A stretch of DNA of 19,684 bases from Amoeboradix gromovi X-113. Taxonomy: Eukaryota > Fungi > Sanchytriomycota. The notes beneath the pieces are model-generated. The model was not told the origin of the DNA, ran no database searches, and saw only the letters and a program-made list of their open reading frames with translations. The stretch spans positions 1-19,684 of the forward strand of contig JADGIF010000107.1 of the NCBI GenBank assembly GCA_018985225.1, written 5' to 3'. Below, in pieces: positions 1 through 8,682 of the stretch (positions are counted from its first letter, which is position 1; each line of letters starts with the position of its first letter). Made by a program: the position numbers and the translations under genes.

Positions 1-86
1 ATAATAAACTTAACTTCCCAGTCATCTTTTACCAACATTTTTGGATCTTTTACAATCAATTCTGATTCATTCTGCTGAAATTCCAG
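1..86. repeat. Exact direct-repeat copy of 3594-3679 (3' end of the glucosidase II gene)
   Basis: Positions 1-86 are identical to 3594-3679 (ataataaacttaac...gaaattccag) and diverge afterwards (acta vs ttct). The copy may extend left of the window. Confidence 0.97.
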
Positions 87-608
87 ACTAATACATTGAG
101 CTGAATCGGTGTTGAGATTAGATTAATCTGAACTTACACTTTTTTGCGTTATGTAGTAAGCTAAAATGATTAGCACACTTGAGTTTAGAACCTCAAGTTG
201 TGTTACAAGTGTCATCATATCTTACCAAAAGAGTGTTATTAGTAAGTGCAGAAATTTTCTCGTTGTAGTTCGTAGAGACATAAATGCGTTTATAAAAATA
301 GAACAAGTTGCAAAAAGTAATGATAGCACTTACAAAAAGTTTGAATAGCAAGAAATAGACTTTGATGCAGCGATTCCTTGGGGCCACCGAGCATATCCAT
401 CAATCAGCTTAATGGGCCCAATTTCTGATTGCAAGTCTCAAATGTTTCTCAAAGTATAATTTGGATTGATAGATTAACTGGATGATTCAATGATGAGGAA
501 ATTTATGCAAGGACAAAAACAATATCCTACTGTCACGCTGTTGCGGCAATATCCAAGCTGTAGAAAGTTTACTGAGCAATGGTAAAAATACTTGGCTTGC
601 AAAAAAGA

Positions 609-637
609 GGAATTGGTTAGGAATTGGTTAGGAATTG
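609..637. repeat. 11-bp tandem repeat (GGAATTGGTTA x2.6)
   Basis: ggaattggtta ggaattggtta ggaattg read directly. Confidence 0.9.
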
Positions 638-1186
638 CCGCCTTAAGTATTGAAAACTTAATTTGAGGGATGTATTGCAAGCAAATGCCGTTCGACAATG
701 ATTATTCGACATACTAACATTGTGTATGTAATTAATCATGGCTTGTACTTGGCAATAGTTTGCTTCATAAACTCTGCAAAATTCATTCAGTAATAATACT
801 GCATGATTGTAATAGGGTATCATAGCAAAGCCTTCGAAGCTCCAACAGATATCAAGTCTGGCCATAAGATAAAATTGATTAAGAAGTGGTGCTTCGAATT
901 TTCAGGAGAGTTCTTGAAAGCATCGCGAGAATAATATACATTTATGCGTTTGCTTCGGTGACTAGGAAAACTCTGGATTGATAAGAGCATGGTTTCTCTT
1001 ATGAAAAATCGCAATCCAGCAGTAGTGGAAAAAGAAAACAAGGAATTACAAGTATAAGCAGATATTTATAGCGGAGACGAAGATAAACATATGCTAGGGT
1101 CTTTGCGGCATATAGCAGTAGAGATTACTTACAACAATAAACATACCAGTAGAACTGCTTATGTACTAGTGAGACCTTGAAACTTC

Positions 1187-2587
1187 ATGGATAATTTTAA
1201 CATTAAAGCGTTACTAGACTATTTTAAAAGCAACTACAAGCAGGTTAGAATAGAATCTGAGAGAACAGATGATTTGTTTTTATCCAAAGCCAGCTACAAT
1301 GGAAAGTGCTATGACTCTAATTCCCAGAAGTCCAGAAATCTTGCAGATGCAGAATGTGTTTTGATGATTTTAAAGACTGTTGAAGTGGAAAATTGCGATA
1401 GATTCAAAAAAATCTACCATCAGACTGGGGATACAACACCTCTGGCTTTGATAAAAGAGCTGGTTTTAAGAAAAAAAGGTGATTTATTAAAAGATCTACA
1501 CATTGAAATCAAAGCTCGGGAAGTTTATGGGTTTTTGAGATTTAATGCCAGCTTTACAAAGAGAAGTGGTGAGGTGGAGATTAAAAACAATCTAGAGTTG
1601 TCAGTCGATTACACATACTACCCCGATCATCATTATGTAAAGCAGAAGGTGGCACTCCTTTTGCTGGAAAGAGGCTCTTTTTATGATGACGACTGCTGGG
1701 AACTACACTCCCGCTTGAATAAGAAAATGACAATTTTCGAAAAGGTAGAGATGTCTTATTTTGAGTCTTACGATGTAGAGTTTAAAGGGCAACGGGGGTA
1801 TGAACAGTTGAATGCGAGTTTGCTGAGTGCGAATGATATCGATGGCAACAAAAAGGAAGGCAATGCCTTAAAAGTTGTTAACTCTTGGAGAGCAAAGATT
1901 GGAAGCGCTGTGTGTGGAATGCTAAATGGAACAGGGGGATCCTTTGTAATTGGTGTTGAAGATACTTTAAATATAGTCCAAGGCGTAAAATTTGGCTCTC
2001 GAAAGTCTTTGGATGATATTTTACTGCAAATCGAAAACCACTTGTTGGATTGCATCAAGCCAAAAGCTAAAGTTCATATATTTGTGCATCCCATTATAAG
2101 CTGGAGACCTGGTGAGAGACCTTTTAAATCCCATGTGGAGGAAATGGATAAAGGTGCAGCAGTATTGAAAACTAAAAACATGCTGGACCATAAGGTACGG
2201 GAAGAAGATCAATCACATGATAATACACTAGAGAATGTTGAGAGTCAGTTCTGTGAAATGAAGCAGACTCTTAAGACATTGGTGCAAGACCACAACACAT
2301 TGGTGCAAGACCACAACACATTGGTGCAAAGTCACAACACATTGATGCAAAGTCACAAAGTTGTATGCGACACATTAGATAAATTTGTTTCAGACCCATC
2401 GCAGATGATCAAGGATCGCGCGAGTTTGCTTAACGTTTTTATCATCGAAGTTCGAGCAGTGGAGTCGGCAGCAGTACATGAATATAAGAAAAAGTCTTAT
2501 ATTCGTAATCGTGGATCCACAGTCCAGTTGGACTTTGAGGGAATTAAAAATCTAGTTGTCACAAAACTGGTCAAGTCACACCGCTAA
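1187..2587 (+). CDS. Schlafen/AlbA_2-domain protein (putative RNase) with two putative N-terminal dsRBD-like domains and a coiled-coil insert, 466 aa
   Basis: AlbA_2 motifs: FESYDVEFK (E193, E198, K200), AVCGMLNGTGGSFVIGVED..IVQGV (D259) and C-terminal VFIIEV...SYIRNRGSTVQL. The N-terminal aa ~1-66 and ~83-163 follow an alpha-beta-beta-beta-alpha dsRBD-like pattern (lower confidence). Confidence 0.88.
   Translation: MDNFNIKALLDYFKSNYKQVRIESERTDDLFLSKASYNGKCYDSNSQKSRNLADAECVLMILKTVEVENCDRFKKIYHQTGDTTPLALIKELVLRKKGDLLKDLHIEIKAREVYGFLRFNASFTKRSGEVEIKNNLELSVDYTYYPDHHYVKQKVALLLLERGSFYDDDCWELHSRLNKKMTIFEKVEMSYFESYDVEFKGQRGYEQLNASLLSANDIDGNKKEGNALKVVNSWRAKIGSAVCGMLNGTGGSFVIGVEDTLNIVQGVKFGSRKSLDDILLQIENHLLDCIKPKAKVHIFVHPIISWRPGERPFKSHVEEMDKGAAVLKTKNMLDHKVREEDQSHDNTLENVESQFCEMKQTLKTLVQDHNTLVQDHNTLVQSHNTLMQSHKVVCDTLDKFVSDPSQMIKDRASLLNVFIIEVRAVESAAVHEYKKKSYIRNRGSTVQLDFEGIKNLVVTKLVKSHR
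2276..2359 (+). repeat. 21-bp coding tandem repeat x4 (TLVQDHN heptads)
   Basis: acattggtgcaagaccacaac x2, acattggtgcaaagtcacaac, acattgatgcaaagtcacaaa. Confidence 0.95.
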
Positions 2588-3586
2588 TAAAATAATTTTT
2601 CTTGGCACTATCACTCTTTCACATCTAGGTCAGATAAACATCAAAACCAATCAATTGCCGTATATTTACACGGATCAGTATTCGCTTTTTAGAGCCCCCA
2701 CAGATATACAGACGAGACTGGATAGTACCTGTATATGGGCGGTTTTGAAAAGTATGTTGGACGCAGAAGACATGACTTGGCTGTTTTGGAGTTAGGTTGA
2801 GACTTGAAACACAAGGATTTATAAGATTGCCAATGGCTGCAGCAATTAATGGACCATTATATCAATATTAATTAGCTGAGCGAGTACTGCACATGAATAT
2901 ATTTCAAATTAGACAGGAATGAACCAGGCACTAGCTCGCAAATTCTATTCGATCTGAGATTCAAGCCTGCTAGAGAACTCAAGTTTGAAAGTGTACTAGT
3001 GCTAATGAATCGGGTAAGCTATTTTGGGATACAATTAAAGTATATCCATGTTACGTGCCATTCAAATCACAAGTTTGTTGAGGTATCCCTGTTGTAACTG
3101 CATTGCAGTAATCAGTGCTTGATTCCTGAAGTTGAGAGTATCATTGAATCCATATTTAAAGATGACGCAAGACTAGCGCCGGCATTTTGAAGCAAAAGTT
3201 GCCCGAGTACAATTTTTTGGGAATCAGTTGTATTTCACTAGCGACACGATTGCTTGTTTCTGTAATAGATATAAGGAAACTAAATTGTGTAGAATTTTTC
3301 AGACTTTAACAACTATCAAACTTTGTTCTGTTGGTTGCGAGCCAATCTTCCCCAAAGCTACAAATTTAATGCGACCATAAGGGTGAAGGATGAAACCAGA
3401 TACATTAGGCTTGTGCATATTTGTTCAGACAAACTCTCAATTACAAAGAATTAGACTAGGCAGTATTAAATTCAACAAAACTGTCATCGAATCAGCTAAA
3501 AGCTAGATTTGAAAGAAGTCGAATTGCCTAGTATTTGGATTAATCTAAACTTAATGTCTAGCAAGGACAAGAATAATAAAATACAA

Positions 3587-6203
3587 CTATTTAATAATAA
3601 ACTTAACTTCCCAGTCATCTTTTACCAACATTTTTGGATCTTTTACAATCAATTCTGATTCATTCTGCTGAAATTCCAGTTCTCTACCATCTATTGTAAT
3701 TTTCTCCACACTATTCAATCCATATATTATGATTCTTTCTACTCTGTTTAGTCTATTAAGATCCTTAACTTCATCGTTGTTCTTGTATTTGTGCACAGTT
3801 GGTCTAAACTTTATATCTTTGCTGATGCTGGATAGCTTGTTGTTCTTGAATTCTAACGCCTTGTAAATGTACAAGTTTTTGTGCAAATAGTCCCAGGTCT
3901 CAAAATCATCCATGTATATTGTACCATATGCATATCCGTCCATTAATCCTATTACCAATGTTATAGCATCTTTGTGCATCATGCTGCTACTCTTCCTTAG
4001 TCTGCTCCACATTGGTATGATTCTGCCTTGCCTTAGATACATTGGCATTGTCAGCAAATCGGATGGTAAATTTAATGTACCTTGCAATTTTCTACCTCCT
4101 GCTATGTTAAAATGAAATACCAAAATCATAATGCAGTTCGTTGAAGGTTATTTCTGTTTCAGTGACACCAGGATCAACCACGGGATGTATCAACAATGAC
4201 TCTCCGAGTAACCAGCTGTCCTGCTTTGTGAATAGATTTTTGAATGGATAGATGATGAACAGTGGATGCATAATAGGCAGAGAGTTTGCACTATTCTCGG
4301 CAAATAGAGTATAGAGATATGGCAGCAGTTTGTAACGCCATTTGATAGAATTGCTAATACTTGCAAGATATTCTGGAAATAGCCAAGGCTCTCTTCTTGC
4401 AGTTTCTATATGCGCATGTGCACGAAAGAACGGCTGATATACAGCTAGCTGATACCATCTGCTTAAAAGCTCGCCATCAGGATTTCCGAAGAAGCCTCCG
4501 ACATCGGCACCAGCAAAAGGTAGTCCTGCCAACTGCAGCTGTAACAGCATTGGAATAGTTGATTTCAAGTGGTCCCAAGTAGCCTTGTTATCACCAGTCC
4601 AAATGGGACCATACTGTTGTGTACCAGCATAGAATGATCTAGATAACACAAAAGGTCTCTTGCTCTTGGTATCCCTTTGTATTTGACCCATACAGGTGGC
4701 CATGTGTTGGTGCAGTCCATACACATTGTGAATTTGATGATGCTGGACTTGCGTTCTCGAAATAGACAACTGACCGTTATTACTAGCTGTAGTAGAAACC
4801 GTGTGTAGATTATCCTTTGGCATAGTTATCTCTATAGAATTAAACACACTAGGTTCGTTCATATCATTCCAAGTGTATAGAGTACTAGTAGATACGTAAT
4901 TATTGTAATTAAACAAATCGGCCCAGTGCTGCCGTACTCTGGGATCTAAAAAATCAAACCATACTGATTTGCCGGGCCAACAGTCACCTTGAAACACTTT
5001 GTTGTTTGCATCCTTGACAAACAAATCTGATTTTAATCCATTAGCGTACACATGGTATTCTTCATCAATCTTGATATGTGGATCGACAATAGTAACCATT
5101 TTACGACCATCCAGCGCTAATATATTCAGCATGTCAACAGGATCATTAAATTTGGAATTATCCCATGTAAGGTATCTTTTACCGTCAGTGTGTTCGATAT
5201 CTAGCCATATGACATCAACAGGTATCTTATGGTTGTTGAATTGATTGTTGACCTCTAGCACATCCTGTTGGTTGTTGTAATTCCATCGGCACTGATGATA
5301 CGAAATAGCAAATAACTGAGGTAACATCGGGTAACCAGATATTGAATGGTACTGGTTTAATATAGAGTATGGGTGGCCTGTAAAAAAGTAAAGGTCCAGA
5401 GTACTAGACTCACTGTAAAATGACATTTGTTGGTTGTTTATTTTGATAAATGTGTCACTAGGATTATTAAGAAATACAGCAGTATACGCAGGGTATTCAG
5501 CGGAAACATGAGATCTGTATGAATAGTCGTCGTTCTTCGAGGTAACGTTGTTGTAGTCTGTATCAATACCCATGTAGAATGGAATGCTACCGTAGAGACC
5601 CATATTTGTGTTCAGCTCGAATTCAAATACATCGAGGTTGAAAAGCCGGAGATAATCATTTGAATCAGAATGGTCCTTGTAGAATTCTAAATGATCCAAA
5701 TTAGCGGTATGCTCAGGAAAGCCGTAAATGTGATTGTACCGGTGCTTGATTGTAAAGCCGAGAGAATGGTCGATTTTGGTTTTAGAGTTAAACGAATCAG
5801 TGTATTCATGATTAACAGTTTTATCCTGATAAATTATAGAATCTAAAGGAATTTGAAGATTGTTAATAAACAAAATGTTGTTAAATACTTTTAAAGACTG
5901 TGTCTTATATTTGTATTCACAATTAACACGATTTAATGGGTATTCTACAACATCGTTTAAAGGATGTGAGTATCTTTGGAAATCATTGTCACTTGTGGCC
6001 TTTATATGAATGTAATTACCATCAGATGTTAAATGCAGCGAAACTACTTTAACCCTATCATTGATTGAATAATGGATAATGATGGCGTCAGCGCATTCAA
6101 CCTTGATAATAGTCCCTGAGTACTCGGACAAATGTTCAAACTGGTTGCTAAAAGTACGAAAATCAGAATACTTGACACACATTGCTAATATGAATAATAG
6201 CAT
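3587..6203 (-). CDS. ROT2: Glucosidase II alpha subunit (GH31), two exons complement(join(3587..4101,4121..6203)), ~865 aa
   Basis: GH31 catalytic WNDMNEPSVF and WTGDN motifs, plus WLDIEHTDGKRY and QPFFRAHAHIETARREPW. A short signal peptide MLLFILAMC starts at ATG 6203. The two ORFs (4107..6209 and 3587..4129) join in frame by removing a GT..AG micro-intron. Confidence 0.93.
4102..4120 (-). other. 19-nt spliceosomal intron (22 nt if the next AG, ending at 4099, is used)
   Basis: Minus strand G|gtatttcattttaacatag|CAGGA. Removal restores the frame YDF-A-GGRKLQG. A TTAAC branch-like motif lies just before the AG. Confidence 0.8.
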
Positions 6204-6285
6204 GAACAAGTTTTAAAAATAAACACAAGGAGTGAGAAAAATGTTAAAATGAGGGATAAAGTCCGTAAAAACAAAGCTACCTCAA

Positions 6286-6356
6286 GCGCCTATGTTCTAG
6301 TGGTATGATTCTTCCCTTCCAAGGAGGCGACGGGGGTTCAATTCCCTCTGGGCGCA
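6286..6356 (+). tRNA. tRNA-Gly (anticodon TCC)
   Basis: Acceptor GCGCCTA/TGGGCGC, D-loop TAGTGG, anticodon arm CTTCC-CTTCCAA-GGAGG, T arm GGGGG-TTCAATT-CCCTC; no encoded CCA. Confidence 0.93.
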
Positions 6357-6360
6357 TATA

Positions 6361-6365
6361 TTTTT
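6361..6365 (+). terminator. Pol III terminator (T5) of tRNA-Gly
   Basis: TTTTT begins 5 nt after the tRNA 3' end. Confidence 0.6.
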
Positions 6366-6480
6366 GATTGTTGCTATACCAATTATTATGTTAATTAATC
6401 ATAGGACAAGCCAAATCATTGTGCTAGCAACTCTTTGCTCGGACTGAGCAGGAACTGACTGCTGATCTTCTGAAACGAGG

Positions 6481-6702
6481 ATGATTGAAATAACATGTAA
6501 CGATAGACTTGGAAAGAGATGCAGAGTAAAATGTGATACCAGCGATACGGTAGCTGATTTGAAGAAGCTTATTTCTCTGCACATTGGAACACCTCCAGAG
6601 AAGATATTACTTAAAAAAGGAAATGTTGTGTACAAAGACCACATAGATTTAGACTCCTACGAAATACACGAGGGATTTGAGTTTGAGTTATATTATCAAT
6701 AA
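6481..6702 (+). CDS. UBL5: Ubiquitin-like protein 5 / Hub1
   Basis: 73 aa, [18 protein letters not shown]...[23 protein letters not shown], with the diagnostic C-terminal YY. Confidence 0.97.
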   Translation: MIEITCNDRLGKRCRVKCDTSDTVADLKKLISLHIGTPPEKILLKKGNVVYKDHIDLDSYEIHEGFEFELYYQ

Positions 6703-6717
6703 AACTTACAAAATTAT

Positions 6718-7008
6718 TTATTTTGCAGACTGCGCTTCTCCTGTGCGATTATTAATTTGGGCCAAGACACTGCACATAAATTCATCCATCTCAGTTTCTT
6801 GAATAGCAGAAGATTCTAACTCAAATTTAATGACCGGGTTAACGAATTCTTTGCAATCTGACTCTATTGCCAATAACTTTTTCATCAGCTTCGACGGTAT
6901 CTCGCCTTCAACATTGGTAGCAACTTTTCCATTGCCGTCTATTGATAAAGTAGCATTCTCTTCAAATTGGCTTATGGAGTCGATAACTTTAAAATATAGT
7001 GGTTTCAT
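6718..7008 (-). CDS. Hypothetical protein, 96 aa
   Basis: ATG-started ORF with protein-like composition, ending tail-to-tail 15 bp from the UBL5 stop; no recognisable family. Confidence 0.5.
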   Translation of the reverse strand: MKPLYFKVIDSISQFEENATLSIDGNGKVATNVEGEIPSKLMKKLLAIESDCKEFVNPVIKFELESSAIQETEMDEFMCSVLAQINNRTGEAQSAK

Positions 7009-7435
7009 AAGAGATCTCGAGAATCACTCAAACAAATGAATAATTAATTAAGCTCTTACTAGAAGTCCTGCTTTCATAGAAAGTCAAGAATTTACATAGA
7101 GAAACTGAAAGTTGATCTCTAATGAAGAAGAGATGGAAATATCAAACGACGCTTGAATGTCTTGTACATGATACAGATATCTCTGTTTTAGTGCGAGCAG
7201 ACGAAAGATTGTTTCCGTAGAAGCGCATGGTCTATAACTTCTGGGTGATCTCTGTATATTAGCGTGTTTGGAAACATTCATCATATTGGAGAAGAAAGAA
7301 TGTTGAGGTTTTACTGAATTAGCGCTTCAGAGATATTCTATCCCAGCGATAGTTTTCTCCTGATCACGGCAAATTGTCAATTTAACTAAATGTTCAGCTG
7401 TGAAAATGCTACAATAATGATTATTTATTTGAAAC

Positions 7436-8682
7436 CTACAACTTTTGGAATTGACCTGCTAATTCTTTTTCCAAATCATCATCTGTCGCATTTCTTGGTG
7501 TCACGACATGTTCTTCCGCTACGCTACTCACTTTGTCATTGTCATAATTGGCCTTTGGTATCTTTTTAGCTTCGTTGATATCCGGGGCATTTACACTTAG
7601 TTAATAAAGAAATACGAATTGCGATGCTTAAACCTGTTTGGGCCTCCATTTTTCTCTAATTTCCAGCTCGCTAACTCACTCAGAATCTGTTTCTTGATGT
7701 CATCCATAGATTTTGCACTTTCAAACTCAAAACTGAACACATCTGAGTGACTAGGCTCTTCCTTTTCATCGTGGTATGTTTCCAAGTAGGGGTGATTCAA
7801 AGCTTGCTCCACAGTGATTCTCTGAGCAGGGTCGAATGCTAATAATTTCTCCAACAAGTCTAATGCCTGAGGTGATGCTTTGGAATACAGCTGAGAATAA
7901 GGTACTTTTGGGACTCGAGGTAACGAGCGGATATATACCTGGGCACGTTGGCTGCCAATGCGATTTAAAGTCTCCTCATCAGGAGTTCCCAGAATTCGCA
8001 AAATTTGGTTAAGCTGGTCCACGTAGTCTCTACCCTTGAACAAGGGTTTGCTGCCAAGTAGCTCGGCAAATATGCACCCCACACTCCACAAATCGATGGC
8101 CTTGGTGTATGACTGAAAGCTGAGCATAATCTCAGGTGCCCGGTACCACCTGGTGGCTACATATTCTGTCATGAATCCGATGTTACTGTCGTTCCCATCA
8201 GTGTACCCGCGAGCCAATCCAAAGTCACAAATCTTTAATTCGCAGTCAGCATTGACCAACAAGTTCCCTGGCTTCAGATCTCTGTGCAACACGTTGGCAC
8301 TGTGGATGTACTTGAGACCTCTCAATATTTGGTAAAGAAAGTACTGGTAGTGGGAATCGCTCAGGGGCTGTTCGCTACGAATGATCTGATGTAGATCAGC
8401 CTCCATTAGCTCCTCTACCAAGTATATCTCATTAAAGTTGGTAGGATGCAGGGTATCAAAATCAATAAGACCCGTGATGTTCTCATGGCCATTGAAATGT
8501 CTTAGCAACTTGATTTCACGCAATGCTCTCTTGGCTAGTATGGTTTTATCAAAAACTTTATTGATCTTTTTGATTGCTACTAGCTCTCCAGTCTCAATGT
8601 TTTTAGCACTGCTAACCTGACCATATGCACCGGCACCTAGCTCTCTTACAACTTGATATTTCGTAAATAGTGTTTGGGGCAT
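7436..8682 (-). CDS. MPK1: Cell-wall-integrity type MAP kinase (Slt2/Mpk1-like), complement(join(7436..7595,7616..8682)), ~408 aa
   Basis: [25 protein letters not shown], the TEY activation motif and Slt2-type [14 protein letters not shown]. Splicing a 20-nt intron adds a 53-codon tail ending [15 protein letters not shown]. Confidence 0.92.
7596..7615 (-). other. 20-nt spliceosomal intron
   Basis: Minus strand TC|gtatttctttattaactaag|TGTA. Removal deletes the in-frame stop and opens a further 160-nt exon. It has the same GTATTTC donor and TTAAC motif as the glucosidase intron. Confidence 0.78.

Larger units (their letters stand above)
106..3560 (+). mobile_element. Decayed hAT-superfamily DNA transposon, interrupted by the Schlafen-like gene
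   Basis: Stop- and frameshift-ridden hAT motifs: PTDIQTRLDST..ML at 2697-2760 (cf. hAT D-V-x-T-R-W-N-S-T) and the C-terminal dimerisation motif LCRIFQTLTTIKLCSVGCEPIFPKATNLMRP*G*RMKPDTLGLCIFVQTN at 3285-3434. Weaker N-terminal relics occur at ~400-860 (SISL..SD.KSQMFL.V..WID; HCVC; APTDIK). Imperfect terminal inverted repeats at 106-128 / 3538-3560 match 17/23, and the right end reads TAG. No 8-bp TSD was seen. Confidence 0.7.

Noticed and set aside
830-1186. Upstream in-frame extension of the Schlafen ORF via stop-codon reassignment
   Set aside because: The frame contains both TAA and TGA stops, and conserved genes here end in TAA or TAG, consistent with the standard code.
2276-2359. 21-bp repeats as a CRISPR-like array
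   Set aside because: The units are contiguous with no spacers and lie in frame within a CDS.
4107-4129. Glucosidase as two genes, a pseudogene or a programmed frameshift
   Set aside because: A GT-AG micro-intron restores the frame and matches the independent MAPK intron.
6286-6356. Functional link between tRNA-Gly and the Schlafen nuclease
   Set aside because: They are 3.7 kb apart with an unrelated gene between; eukaryotic proximity alone is not evidence.
6481-6702. UBL5/Hub1 (splicing factor) clustered with micro-intron genes as a system
   Set aside because: It is a universal housekeeping gene, and adjacency is probably coincidental.
7084-7284. 66-aa minus-strand ORF or upstream exon of the 96-aa gene
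   Set aside because: No recognisable motif and no GTATTT-type intron linking it.
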